Below the pieces are notes generated by a model that made no database searches, was not told where the DNA came from, and was given only the letters and a program-made list of their open reading frames with translations. Positions 1 to 9,768 of a DNA stretch of 64,000 nt are shown here, in pieces. How positions within the stretch are numbered: the first letter of the stretch is position 1; each line of letters opens with the position of its first letter. The position numbers were made by a program, and so were the translations under genes. Source of the DNA: an uncultured Gemmatimonadales bacterium (GTDB lineage: Bacteria; Gemmatimonadota; Gemmatimonadetes; Gemmatimonadales; GWC2-71-9); assembly GCA_963771275.1 (NCBI GenBank), contig CAVYSW010000003.1, positions 448,001 through 512,000 of the forward strand, read 5' to 3'.

Positions 1-382
1 GCATCCCGACGAGACTGCCGCGCAGCCAGGCCAGGATGTGCGCGCCGAGCGCGGCGATCCCGCCGCTCAGCAGCGGCAGGGTATGCGGCCGCGCGCCGAG
101 CAGCAGGGCGCCGCCCAGCTGCACGGTCAGGAAGGTCAAGAGGAACAGCAGGATGTGGAGCCACCACCGCTCCCGCTGCGCCGGGGCGAGCGACCGAACC
201 AGTACCAGGCGTCCGGCGTCGGCACCGGTGGCCCAGTAGTAGGTGCCCGGCCACTCGCTCAGCGCGCGGACGAGCGCGGGCGATGGGCGGCGGTGCTCCT
301 CGCGCACGACGGCCTCCACGACTTCGCGGTCCCGGACGGTCGCCGTCCGCCAGTATGCCAGATACGGGGCGAGTGAATTCAC
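1..382 (-). CDS. Probable site-2 protease (M50 family) membrane protein, N-terminal part; continues off the window's left edge
   Basis: My own translation from GTG at 382: MNSLAPYLAYWR...RERWWLHILLFLLTFLTVQLGG...; the WLHxLLFLLT hydrophobic segment is typical of M50 proteins. HExxH is not within the window. Confidence 0.55.
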   Translation of the reverse strand, partial: MNSLAPYLAYWRTATVRDREVVEAVVREEHRRPSPALVRALSEWPGTYYWATGADAGRLVLVRSLAPAQRERWWLHILLFLLTFLTVQLGGALLLGARPHTLPLLSGGIAALGAHILAWLRGSLVGM

Positions 383-390
383 GCGGCCTC

Positions 391-419
391 TTGACGGTGC
401 CACGCAAACGCCCTAGAAT
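391..419 (+). promoter_or_regulatory. Sigma70-type promoter for rho
   Basis: TTGACG (391-396), 17-bp spacer, TAGAAT (414-419). Confidence 0.75.
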
Positions 420-530
420 ACGGCGCTTTCACGACTTAGATCCCCTACAGCCATTCCGCAGTTTCGAGCTCCCTTCGGGGACCGCCCGTTTCCCGTGGAC
501 AAGACCTGGCACAACGGATCCGCAATCTCT

Positions 531-1793
531 ATGGAGTCCCACGTGGACATCGCTGAACTGAAGAGGAAGTCCATCGCCGAGCTGCACGCGATGGCGGAAG
601 AACTCAACATCACCAACTACTCGGGCATGCGCAAGCAGGATCTCATCTTCCGGATCGAGCAGTCGCTGCTCGATTCGGACACCGTGCTGCGCGGCGAGGG
701 GGTGCTCGAGATCCTGCCGGAAGGCTACGGGTTCCTGCGCAGCCCCGACTGGAACTACCTGTACGGGCCCGACGACATCTACGTCAGCCCGAGCCAGATC
801 AAGCGGTTCGATCTGCGCACGGGCGACACGATCCTCGGCCAGGTGCGCCCGCCCAAGGAAGGCGAGCGCTATCTGGCGCTGCTCAAGGTCGAGAAGGTCA
901 ACTTCGACGATCCCGACAAGGCCAAGCACCGGATCGGGTTCGACAACCTGCGCCCGCGCTACCCCGACGGCCGGATCCGCCTCGAGCGCAAGGATGCCGA
1001 CATCTCGATGCGCGTGATGGACATTCTCTGTCCGATCGGGAAGGGCCAGCGCGGGCTGATCGTCTCGCCGCCCAAGGCGGGCAAGACGATCCTGTTGCAG
1101 AAGCTCGCCAACTCCATCACCGAGAACCACCCCGAGTGCGCGCTCATCGTGCTGCTGATCGACGAGCGGCCCGAGGAGGTGACGGACATGGAGGAGAACG
1201 TCAACGCCGAGGTGATCTCCTCCACGTTCGACGAGCCGGCGGACCGCCACGTGCAGGTCGCCGACATGGTGATCGAGAAGGCCAAGCGGCTGGTGGAGCA
1301 CGGACGGGACGTGGTGATCCTGCTCGACTCGATCACCCGGCTCGCGCGGGCGCACAACACCGTGGTGCCGCATTCCGGCAAGATCCTCTCGGGCGGCGTG
1401 GACGCGAACGCCCTCCAGAAGCCCAAGCGGTTCTTCGGCGCGGCCCGCAATATCGAGGGGGGCGGCTCGCTCACGATCATCGCCACCGCCCTGATCGAGA
1501 CGGGCAGCCGAATGGACGAGGTGATCTTCGAGGAGTTCAAGGGCACGGGCAACATGGAGGTCGTGCTCGACCGCCGCATCGCGGACCGCCGCGTCTACCC
1601 CGCGATCGACGTGCAGCGCAGCTCGACGCGCAAGGAAGAGCTGCTGCTCGACAAGGACGAGCTCATGAAGGTGTACCTGCTGCGCAACTTCCTCGCCGAC
1701 ATGCCGACCGTCGAGGCGGTCGAGTTCCTGCTGGAGCGGATGAAGCGCACGAAGAACAACAAGGAGTTCTTCGCGACGATGCAGCAGGGATGA
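531..1793 (+). CDS. rho: Transcription termination factor Rho
   Basis: GYGFLR and [12 protein letters not shown]-binding motifs, PPKAGKT P-loop, [20 protein letters not shown] 531 chosen (alternative GTG 543). Confidence 0.97.
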   Translation: MESHVDIAELKRKSIAELHAMAEELNITNYSGMRKQDLIFRIEQSLLDSDTVLRGEGVLEILPEGYGFLRSPDWNYLYGPDDIYVSPSQIKRFDLRTGDTILGQVRPPKEGERYLALLKVEKVNFDDPDKAKHRIGFDNLRPRYPDGRIRLERKDADISMRVMDILCPIGKGQRGLIVSPPKAGKTILLQKLANSITENHPECALIVLLIDERPEEVTDMEENVNAEVISSTFDEPADRHVQVADMVIEKAKRLVEHGRDVVILLDSITRLARAHNTVVPHSGKILSGGVDANALQKPKRFFGAARNIEGGGSLTIIATALIETGSRMDEVIFEEFKGTGNMEVVLDRRIADRRVYPAIDVQRSSTRKEELLLDKDELMKVYLLRNFLADMPTVEAVEFLLERMKRTKNNKEFFATMQQG

Positions 1794-2203
1794 ACCCGGG
1801 GCCAGGGCGGCTGCTGGCGATCGATTGGGGTACGAAGCGCATCGGTCTCGCCGTCTCGGACCCGACCGGCACGATCGCGCAGCCGCTCGCCACGCTCCGG
1901 CGCCGGGCGGGTCGCCGGTTTCCCATGCAGCAGCTCGGGACCTACCTGGCGGAGTACCACCCCGTGCGCATCGTCGTCGGCCTGCCGCTCGAGCCCGGCG
2001 GCGGGGAGGGCCCCAGTGCCCGCGCCGCCCGCGAGACCGCGGCGCTGATCGCCGCCAAGACCGGTCTCCCGGTCGTCCTCGTCGATGAGCGCATGACGAC
2101 GGCGCGGGCGCGCGAGGCCGACGCGGTGGGAGGGCGGGTGGATATCGACCAGCGGGCGGCGACGGTGCTGCTGCAGGCCTACCTCGACGGCGGAGCCCGG
2201 TGA
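1790..2203 (+). CDS. ruvX: YqgF/RuvX family nuclease
   Basis: [37 protein letters not shown] overlap with rho. Confidence 0.93.
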   Translation: MNPGPGRLLAIDWGTKRIGLAVSDPTGTIAQPLATLRRRAGRRFPMQQLGTYLAEYHPVRIVVGLPLEPGGGEGPSARAARETAALIAAKTGLPVVLVDERMTTARAREADAVGGRVDIDQRAATVLLQAYLDGGAR

Positions 2204-3168
2204 GGCGCGCCGCGGCGCTCGTGCTGTGCGGGCTGTGCGCCTGCCGCGCGGCGCCGCCCACCGGCGAGCCCGTGCGGGTGACGATCCCGCGCGGGGCCAC
2301 GCTCGCCGCAGTGGCCGACACGCTCCACGCCCGTGGCGTCATCACGTCGCCGCGCTGGTTCCGCGTGTGGGCCACGGTGACCGGCCGCGAACGCGCGATT
2401 CAGGCGGGCGTCTACGACCTCTATCAGCACCGCCCCGCGCCCGAGGTGCTGCGCCTGCTGGTGTCCGGGGCGACCGCGTACCAACGGCTGGTGGTGCCGG
2501 AAGGTCTCATGCTCGGGGAGGTGGCGGACGAGGTCCACCGGCAGCTGGGCCTCCCGGCGGAGAGCGTGCGCGCGGCCGCGCGGGACCGCGCGCTCCTGGC
2601 GCTGGTGGATTCGGATGCGCCGAGCCTCGAGGGGTATCTCTACCCGAGCACGTACTTCGTGCCGGTCGCGGCCACGGCGCGTGATGTCGTGGCGCAGATG
2701 GTGGCGGAGTTCCTCGCGCGCTGGACGCCGGCATGGAGCGCCCGCCTCGACACGCTCGGGCTCACGCGGCGGCAGGTGGTCACGCTGGCGTCGATCATCG
2801 AGGGTGAGGTGCGGAACGGCGGCGACCGGCCGTTCGTCTCCTCGGTCTACCACAATCGCCTGCGCGCGGGGTGGCGGCTGCAGGCAGACCCGACCGTGAT
2901 CTTCGCGCTCGGGCGCCGGCGCCGGCTGTTCGAGAAGGACTACGAATACCGGTCGCCCTACAACACGTACCTGATCGACGGCCTCCCGCCCGGTCCGATC
3001 GGCCAGCCGTCCGCGGCGAGCCTCGCGGCGGCCCTGTATCCGGCGGCAACGGACTTCTTCTTCCTCGTGGCGCGGCCCGACGGCCAGCACGTGTTCTCGC
3101 GCACGCTGCGGGAGCATCTCGCGGCCGTCGCCGCGCTGCGCCGCGCGCGCGACGGCGGCGCCCGCTAG
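2200..3168 (+). CDS. mltG: Endolytic transglycosylase MltG
   Basis: LEGYLYPSTY, LASIIEGE, LQADPT, SPYNTY, GLPPGPI. Confidence 0.95.
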   Translation: MRRAAALVLCGLCACRAAPPTGEPVRVTIPRGATLAAVADTLHARGVITSPRWFRVWATVTGRERAIQAGVYDLYQHRPAPEVLRLLVSGATAYQRLVVPEGLMLGEVADEVHRQLGLPAESVRAAARDRALLALVDSDAPSLEGYLYPSTYFVPVAATARDVVAQMVAEFLARWTPAWSARLDTLGLTRRQVVTLASIIEGEVRNGGDRPFVSSVYHNRLRAGWRLQADPTVIFALGRRRRLFEKDYEYRSPYNTYLIDGLPPGPIGQPSAASLAAALYPAATDFFFLVARPDGQHVFSRTLREHLAAVAALRRARDGGAR

Positions 3169-3812
3169 CGCCCGGGCCGGCTCGCGTCCACGGCGTGGCG
3201 CAGCGCCCGCGCGGCCCGCTCGATGTCCGGCGCCCCGAAGATCGCCCCGATCACCGCCACGCCGGCTGCGCCGGCGGCACACAGCACCGCCACCCGTGCC
3301 GCCGTGATCCCACCGATCGCGACGCAGGCGACGCCCGCGGGCGCGCGGGCGGCCAAGGCCGCGAAGCCCGTCGGGCCGATCGGGGCACCGGCGTCGGCCT
3401 TGCTCGGCGTCGCGTAGATCGCGCCGATGCTCCAGTAGTCCGCGCCCGCCCGGCGCGCCTCATCCGCTTCCGCGATCGTGCCAACCGAGACGCCGATCCG
3501 GAGGGGACGGGGTGCGTGCCCGCGCACCAGATCGGCCGGGAGATCGTCCGCTCCGAGGTGCACGCCGGCCGCACCGGCCAGCCAGGCGATGTCCGCCCGG
3601 TCGTTGACGTACACCGGAATGCCGAGGGCCGCCATCAGCCGCCCGGTCCAGCGCAGCGTCTCGCCGGCGGGGCTATCCTTCATGCGCACTTGGAGGATCG
3701 TCGCGCCGCCGGCCTCCGCCGCCCGGGCGGCGTCGAGCGCCCGCGCTCCCACGGCGGCGGGATCGAAGATGGCGATCAGGCGAACGTCGGGCGGTGCGTT
3801 GCGCGATTCCAT
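3165..3812 (-). CDS. thiE: Thiamine-phosphate synthase family protein
   Basis: QVRMK, VNDRADIA, GVHLGADD, YATPSK, AIGGI. Confidence 0.88.
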   Translation of the reverse strand: MESRNAPPDVRLIAIFDPAAVGARALDAARAAEAGGATILQVRMKDSPAGETLRWTGRLMAALGIPVYVNDRADIAWLAGAAGVHLGADDLPADLVRGHAPRPLRIGVSVGTIAEADEARRAGADYWSIGAIYATPSKADAGAPIGPTGFAALAARAPAGVACVAIGGITAARVAVLCAAGAAGVAVIGAIFGAPDIERAARALRHAVDASRPGR

Positions 3813-4986
3813 GAACGGGAAAGGTAGCCCGCCGACGGTGGTGGTCGAGCCGCGCGGCGCACGGCGCTGGCGACAGGGCCACCCCTGGATCTACCGGTCC
3901 GACGTCGTCGCCGGCGACGTCACGCCCGGGGTCGTCCACGTGACGAATCGGGCCGGCCGATTCCTCGGCCAGGCCCTGTGGAGCCCGGCATCGGAGATCC
4001 GGCTGCGCTTCCTCACGAGCGAGGCGGAGCCGGTCGGCCCCGACTGGTGGGCGCGCCGGCTCGGTGCCGCCCAGGCCCGCCGCGCAGCGCTGGATCCACC
4101 GGCTACCGCGTACCGCGTCGTCCACGCGGAGGGCGACGGTCTTCCCTCGCTCATCGTGGATCGCTACGGGCCCTACGTGGTGGCCCAGCTGCTGTCGGCC
4201 GGACTCGAAGCGGTACGCGCCGACGTCCTCGGGGCGATCGACGCGGTGCTCGCGCCCGACGCCGTGCTGTTGCGGAACGACGCGTCCGTGCGGCGCCACG
4301 AGGGCCTGCCACTCGCCGTCGAGCCGGTGCGGGGCACGGTCCCCGACCCGATCGAGGTCGAGGAGGGCGGCGTCCGCTACCTCGCGGCCCCCCGCACGGG
4401 GCAGAAGACCGGCGCATTCCTCGATCAACGCGAGCATCACGCGCTCATGGGGCGGCTGGCGCGCGGACGCGCGCTGGACCTGTTCTGCTACCACGGGCTG
4501 TTCGCGCTCCACATGGCCGGGCGCGCCGAGCGGGTGCTGGGCGTCGACTCCAGCACCGCCGCCCTCGCCGTTGCCGAGCGCAACCGCCAGCTCAACGGCC
4601 GGCGCAACGTGGCGTGGCAGGAGGGGAACGCGTTCGACGTGCTGCGGGAGCTGGAGCGCGCGGGCGAGCGCTTCGAAACGATCGTGCTCGACCCGCCGGC
4701 CTTCGCGAAGGATCGGGCGGCCGTGTCGGGGGCGCTGCGCGGCTACAAGGAGATCAACCTGCGTGCGATCCGGCTGCTCGCGCCGGGCGGCGTGCTGTTC
4801 ACGGCCTCGTGCTCGTTCCATGTGCACCGGGCGCAGTTCTTCGCGATGCTGGCCGACGCCGCGGCCGACAGCGGGCGCCGCGTGGTCCTGCGTCACACGC
4901 TCGGCCAGCCCGCCGACCACCCGGAGATCGTCACCGTTCCCGAGACCGGCTATCTGAAAGGCGCACTGCTGCACGTGACGGAGTGA
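3811..4986 (+). CDS. rlmI: RlmI-like class I SAM-dependent rRNA methyltransferase (PUA + MTase)
   Basis: GHPWIYRSD, EGDGLPSLIVDRY, GQKTGAFLDQR, LDPPAFAK, ETGYLK. Start ATG 3811 or GTG 3838. Confidence 0.88.
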   Translation: MNGKGSPPTVVVEPRGARRWRQGHPWIYRSDVVAGDVTPGVVHVTNRAGRFLGQALWSPASEIRLRFLTSEAEPVGPDWWARRLGAAQARRAALDPPATAYRVVHAEGDGLPSLIVDRYGPYVVAQLLSAGLEAVRADVLGAIDAVLAPDAVLLRNDASVRRHEGLPLAVEPVRGTVPDPIEVEEGGVRYLAAPRTGQKTGAFLDQREHHALMGRLARGRALDLFCYHGLFALHMAGRAERVLGVDSSTAALAVAERNRQLNGRRNVAWQEGNAFDVLRELERAGERFETIVLDPPAFAKDRAAVSGALRGYKEINLRAIRLLAPGGVLFTASCSFHVHRAQFFAMLADAAADSGRRVVLRHTLGQPADHPEIVTVPETGYLKGALLHVTE

Positions 4987-5079
4987 CCAGCCACACACCG
5001 GGCGTTTTCGTCGTTTGTTCGCGTGTTGACAGCGCCCTGAGCCCCCACGACCTTGCAGCATGGCTTCCGCCCGCCGGCC

Positions 5080-5883
5080 GTGCTGACCGAGCCCCTCCCC
5101 CAGCGACGCCGTCGGCGACCGCTTTCGCTGCGACAGGAGTACGAGGAGTTCATCCTCCAGCGCATCGAGGACTACAAGAACCAGCTGAGCCGCGAGCAGA
5201 TCCTCTCCCTGGGCGACGAGGCCGTACGCGAGCTCGAGGTCGGTCCCGCGGGACAGCTGCTGCTCACCGAGGTCCTCATGCTCGAGCATGTGGACCGGCT
5301 GATCACGCGCCGGCTGCGCCTGCCGACCTTCCGGCGCTGGCGTGACCGGCACACGCGGATGCGCAAGGCGCAACGCGAGCTGACGCACTGGGGGCTCGCC
5401 GCCGATCTACCCCTGGCCGCCCTGGCCCAGCGCCTCGAGGAGGACGAGCCGGTCGTGGTGATCGGGGCCGCGGCGGCCGGCACGGCGTTCTACCTCGCGG
5501 CGCACGACGTTGTGGCCCTGGTGATTGCCGAGTCGCTGCCGGCCGTGGAGGCGATCGAGACCCAGGCGGCCCAGGAAGCCCTGGCGGGGCGCGTGCAGGC
5601 GCTGGTGGTGGCGCTGGGCGACTGGTTCCCGGACGTCGAGCCCGCGCTCGCGGTCGTGGACCCCGCCGTGTTCGCGACGCTCGACGCCTCCGCGCGCGTA
5701 CGCGCCATGGACGTGCTGCGCGAGCGGACGGTGCACCGCGGCGTCCACCTGATTCTCCCCGTCGAGCAGCGCAGCGACGTGCGCTCGCTCGCGCCGGAGG
5801 CGCTGCTGGCGCATTACGCGGGCTGGCAGGTCGAGCGCAGTCCCCGTGCCCGCGGTCGCTGGTTTCTCGCGATCAAGCCCTGA
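5080..5883 (+). CDS. Hypothetical protein: helical N-terminal domain plus degenerate Rossmann/methyltransferase-like C-terminal domain
   Basis: Clean ORF (track start TTG 5053) with host-like codon usage; TTGACA at 5026-5031 upstream; GTG 5080 preferred. Confidence 0.7.
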   Translation: MLTEPLPQRRRRRPLSLRQEYEEFILQRIEDYKNQLSREQILSLGDEAVRELEVGPAGQLLLTEVLMLEHVDRLITRRLRLPTFRRWRDRHTRMRKAQRELTHWGLAADLPLAALAQRLEEDEPVVVIGAAAAGTAFYLAAHDVVALVIAESLPAVEAIETQAAQEALAGRVQALVVALGDWFPDVEPALAVVDPAVFATLDASARVRAMDVLRERTVHRGVHLILPVEQRSDVRSLAPEALLAHYAGWQVERSPRARGRWFLAIKP

Positions 5884-5937
5884 GGGCCTCCGCGGCGGCA
5901 TTGCGCCGCCGGCCGGCGCGAAGCCACCTTTCGGTGC

Positions 5938-8886
5938 ATGCCCAGCCTGCAGATCGACGGGTCACGCATCGACGCCCCCGAAGGGGCGACCATTCTCGCG
6001 GCCGCGCGCGCCGCCGGCATGGCCATCCCGACCCTGTGCTGGTATCCCAAGCTCCCGGTCGTCGGCAACTGCCGCATTTGCGTGGTCGCGGTCGCCGGAG
6101 AGGCGAAGCTGCTTCCCGCCTGCGCCACGGTCGTGGCGGAGGGCATGCGGGTGCAGACGGAGACCCCGGAGGTCGTCGCGGCGCGCCGCGGCGTGCTGCG
6201 ATTCCTGCTGGAGCGCTACCCTGCCGACCACCTGCTGACCGGCGGCCGGACCACCCCGCGCAATGAGTTCGAGGAGTACGTGGTCCGCTACGGCGTGACG
6301 CCGCGGCCGGCGGCGCAGCATGCCCTGCCGCTGCGCGCCGGCGACGAGCGGCCCGGCGACCCGATGATCGCCCACGACATGAGCCTGTGCATCCTGTGCA
6401 CGCGCTGCGTGCGGGCGTGCGAGGACATCCAGGTGGTGGGCGTGCTCGACGTGGCGCATCGCGGCGACCGTGCCCAGATCATCGTGGGCGCCGACGGCGA
6501 CCCCGACAAGGCGCACTGCACGTGGTGCGGGGAGTGCGTCCGCGTCTGCCCGACGGGGGCGATCTTCGAGGTGATTCCCCGGGAGCGGTTCGGGACGGCG
6601 CGGGTGACGCCCGACCGGGTCGTCCGCTCGGTGTGCCCGTACTGCGGCGTCGGCTGTCAGGTGGACCTGCACGTCAAGGACAATGCAGTGGTGCGCGTCA
6701 CGTCGCCGTCCTTCGAGGAGGTGACCCCCAACGACGGCTCCACGTGCGTCAAGGGTCGGTTCGGCTACGACTTCACGCAGCACCGCGATCGCCTGACCAG
6801 GCCGCTGATCCGCAAGGGCTGGGAGCGGCGCGACGGCGGCTGGGCGTGGACCGGCCCGACCGACGCGCGGCGCCGCGCCGGCCCGTGGCACAGCATGACC
6901 GAGGAGGGGGCCCAGTCCAAGCCGCCTGCCCCACCCCGGGCGGTCGGCAAGCGGATCCGCGACCTGCCGCTGCTCGAGCGCGTGACCCAGGACATCCGCG
7001 ACCGGGCCACCACGCCGGCTGCGTGGTACGAGCCGTTCCGCGAGGCGACGTGGGACGAGGCGCTCTCGCTCGTGAGCCAGGAGCTGGTGCGGGTGCACCG
7101 CGCGCACGGCGCCGAGGCGATGGCGGTATTCCAGAGCGCCAAGTGCACGAACGAGGAGAACTACCTGCAGCAGCGGCTGTTCCGCGCCGCGTTCGGCACC
7201 AACAACATCGACCACTGCACGCGACTGTGTCACTCCACCAGCGTGTCGGCGATGCAGGACGCGCTCAGCACGGCCGCGGCGTCGGGATCGATGCGCGAGG
7301 TGGAGGAGGCCTGCGACGTGATCCTGATCGCCGGCGCCAACACGACCGAGACGCACCCCGTGTTCGGGGCGGCGATCAAGCGCGCGCAACGGCGGGGCGC
7401 GTTCCTGATCGTGGCGGACCCGCGGCGGATCGAGCTTGCCGCGCGGGCGGACCTCCACCTGCAGATGCAGCCCGGCACCGACGTCGCGCTGTTCAACGCG
7501 ATGCTGCACCACATCCTGGCGGCGGGTCTCGAGGACCGCGGGTTCATCGCGTCGCGCACCAACGGCTTCGACGCGGTGCGGGCCGCCGTGGCGCCCTACA
7601 CGCCCGAGCGGGCCGCGGCGATCACCGGCGTGCCGGCCGGGCTGATCCGTGCGGCCGCCGAGCGCTACGCGCGCGGGCCCAACACCACGACGATCTGGGC
7701 CATGGGCCTGACGCAGCACCTCACCGGCCACGACATGGTGACGGCGCTCCTCAACCTGATCCTCGCCACGGGGATGATCGGCCGGTGGGGCAGCGCCATG
7801 CTGCCGGTCCGCGGACAGAACAACGTGCAAGGCGCTTCCGACATGGGCGCCATCCCGTTCGTGTACCCGGACTACCAGCCGGTAGCCGATCCGGCCATTC
7901 GCGCCAAGTTCGCCGCGGCGTGGGGCGTGGACCCGGAAACGATGTCGCTCACGCCCGGGCTCAAGGTGACGGAAATGGCGCGGGAGGGCTCACCGATCCG
8001 CGCGCTGTACATCATGGGCGAGAACCCGATCATCTCCGACCCCGACATCGCGCATGCCGAGGCGTGGTTCCGCACGGTCGAGTTCCTCACGGTGCAGGAC
8101 CTGTTCCTCACCGAGACGGCGCGCTACGCGGACGTGGTGCTGCCGGGCGGCTCGTTTGCCGAAAAGACCGGCACGTTCGCCAACACGGAGCGGCGGATCC
8201 AAGTCGCCGACAAGGCGGTCGAGCCGCCTGGCGAAGCACGCGCGGATTGGGAGATCCTCGTGGATCTGTCGCGGCGCGTTGGCCTCGCCACGCCGTTCGC
8301 GTCGCCCGAGCAGGTGATGGAGGAAATCAGCCAGCTCGCGCCGGCGTGGGCCGGCATCACCTACCAGCGGCTGCGGGCCGGCGGGCTCCAGTATCCGGTC
8401 CCCACCGCCGACCACCCCGGCACGGCGTTCCTGTTCGGCGAGCGGTTCCCCACCACCGATGGCCGGGCGACGTTCCACGCCGTCGAGTACGCGGACCCCG
8501 GCGAGCTGCCCGACGCGGAGTATCCGTTCGTGATGTGCACCGGCCGGCAGCTGTATCACTGGCACACCGGGACCATGACGCGGCGCTCGCGTGGCCTCGA
8601 CGCCCGCGAGCCGATCGCCACGGTCGAGGTGAATCCCGCAGACGCCGCCGACCTGGGGGTGAGCGACGGCGATCCGGTGCGGATCACGAGCCGACGCAAC
8701 TCGATGCTGATCGCGGTGCGCGTGTCGGACCGGGTAGCGCGGTGGCAGGTGTTCGTCCCGTTCCACTTCCGCGAGGCGGCGGCCAACTTGCTCACCAACC
8801 CGGTGCTCGAGCCGCACGCGAAAATGGCCGCGCTCAAGGTCTGCGCCGTGCGGCTCGAGGCGGTGGGCGCGCCGTCGCCGGCTTGA
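5938..8886 (+). CDS. fdhF: Formate dehydrogenase alpha subunit (FdhF/FdsA-like, Mo/W-bis-MGD, Cys ligand)
   Basis: 2Fe-2S (PTLC..GNCRIC..C), 2x4Fe-4S (CILCTRCVRAC, CTWCGECVRVCP), CPYCGVGC, NNIDHCTRLCH, RGQNNVQG, C-terminal molybdopterin-binding domain. Confidence 0.9.
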   Translation: MPSLQIDGSRIDAPEGATILAAARAAGMAIPTLCWYPKLPVVGNCRICVVAVAGEAKLLPACATVVAEGMRVQTETPEVVAARRGVLRFLLERYPADHLLTGGRTTPRNEFEEYVVRYGVTPRPAAQHALPLRAGDERPGDPMIAHDMSLCILCTRCVRACEDIQVVGVLDVAHRGDRAQIIVGADGDPDKAHCTWCGECVRVCPTGAIFEVIPRERFGTARVTPDRVVRSVCPYCGVGCQVDLHVKDNAVVRVTSPSFEEVTPNDGSTCVKGRFGYDFTQHRDRLTRPLIRKGWERRDGGWAWTGPTDARRRAGPWHSMTEEGAQSKPPAPPRAVGKRIRDLPLLERVTQDIRDRATTPAAWYEPFREATWDEALSLVSQELVRVHRAHGAEAMAVFQSAKCTNEENYLQQRLFRAAFGTNNIDHCTRLCHSTSVSAMQDALSTAAASGSMREVEEACDVILIAGANTTETHPVFGAAIKRAQRRGAFLIVADPRRIELAARADLHLQMQPGTDVALFNAMLHHILAAGLEDRGFIASRTNGFDAVRAAVAPYTPERAAAITGVPAGLIRAAAERYARGPNTTTIWAMGLTQHLTGHDMVTALLNLILATGMIGRWGSAMLPVRGQNNVQGASDMGAIPFVYPDYQPVADPAIRAKFAAAWGVDPETMSLTPGLKVTEMAREGSPIRALYIMGENPIISDPDIAHAEAWFRTVEFLTVQDLFLTETARYADVVLPGGSFAEKTGTFANTERRIQVADKAVEPPGEARADWEILVDLSRRVGLATPFASPEQVMEEISQLAPAWAGITYQRLRAGGLQYPVPTADHPGTAFLFGERFPTTDGRATFHAVEYADPGELPDAEYPFVMCTGRQLYHWHTGTMTRRSRGLDAREPIATVEVNPADAADLGVSDGDPVRITSRRNSMLIAVRVSDRVARWQVFVPFHFREAAANLLTNPVLEPHAKMAALKVCAVRLEAVGAPSPA

Positions 8887-8901
8887 GGAGGGGCGAGGCT
8901 C

Positions 8902-9693
8902 ATGGATCTCGGAATCGCGGGGCGTGTGGCGCTGGTGTGCGGCTCGTCGAGCGGGCTGGGCCGTGCCATCGCCGCAGCCTTCGTGGAAGCCGGCTGCCGG
9001 GTGGCAATCAATGCCCGCACCCCGGCCACGCTGGCGCAGGCGGCCGACGCGCTGCGCCGGCACGCCACCGCGGACGTCGCGGCGTTTCCGGCGGACGTGA
9101 GCGTGCCCGCGGAGGCCACCGGGCTCGTGGAGCGCGTGCAGCACGAGCTGGGAGGCGTCGACATCCTGATCTGCAACGCCGGCGGCCCGCCGGCGGCACC
9201 GTTCGCCGACGTTCCGGCCGAGCAGTGGCAGGCCGCCCTCGCGCTGAACCTCCTGTCCACCGTGCATCTCTGCCGGACGGCCGTGCCGATCATGCGACGG
9301 CGCGGCTGGGGGCGCGTGGTCTGTCTCACCAGCGTCGCCGCCAAGCAGCCGCTGCCCGGCCTGATCCTGTCGTCCACCGCGCGCGCGGGGGTGCTCGGGT
9401 TCGCCAAGAGCCTCGCCGACGAGGTGGCGACCGCGGGCATCACGGTCAACGTGGTCTGCCCCGGATACATGCGCACGGGACGCGTCGAGGATCTCGCGGC
9501 CGCGCGGGCGGCGCAGAGCGGCCGTCGCATCGAGGACGTGCTGGCGGGGACGATCGGCAACATCCCGCTCGGCAGGATGGGCGAGCCGGAGGAGCTCGCC
9601 GCCGCGGTCGCGTTTCTGGCGTCCGAGCCCGCGCGCTATATTACCGGCGCCGTCCTCCAGGTGGACGGGGGGTTCACGCGGAGCGTGGTGTAG
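8902..9693 (+). CDS. SDR family oxidoreductase
   Basis: CGSSSGLG, NAGGPP, ITVNVVCPG, YITGAVLQVDGG; LSSTAR in place of YxxxK (atypical SDR subgroup). Confidence 0.9.
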   Translation: MDLGIAGRVALVCGSSSGLGRAIAAAFVEAGCRVAINARTPATLAQAADALRRHATADVAAFPADVSVPAEATGLVERVQHELGGVDILICNAGGPPAAPFADVPAEQWQAALALNLLSTVHLCRTAVPIMRRRGWGRVVCLTSVAAKQPLPGLILSSTARAGVLGFAKSLADEVATAGITVNVVCPGYMRTGRVEDLAAARAAQSGRRIEDVLAGTIGNIPLGRMGEPEELAAAVAFLASEPARYITGAVLQVDGGFTRSVV

Positions 9694-9768
9694 GGCGGCA
9701 CGGCGGCATGGCGCCAGCCCGGCCCGCGACCCGCACCGCCGTTCGACCATCCGTTCTACTGAGGTTTC

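Noticed and set aside
5060..5086. 8-codon uORF (MASARRPC) overlapping the start of the hypothetical gene
   Set aside because: No support beyond an ATG near a possible TSS
7201..7240. Selenocysteine in the FDH active site
   Set aside because: The ligand codon is TGT (Cys) in RLCH, and there is no in-frame TGA
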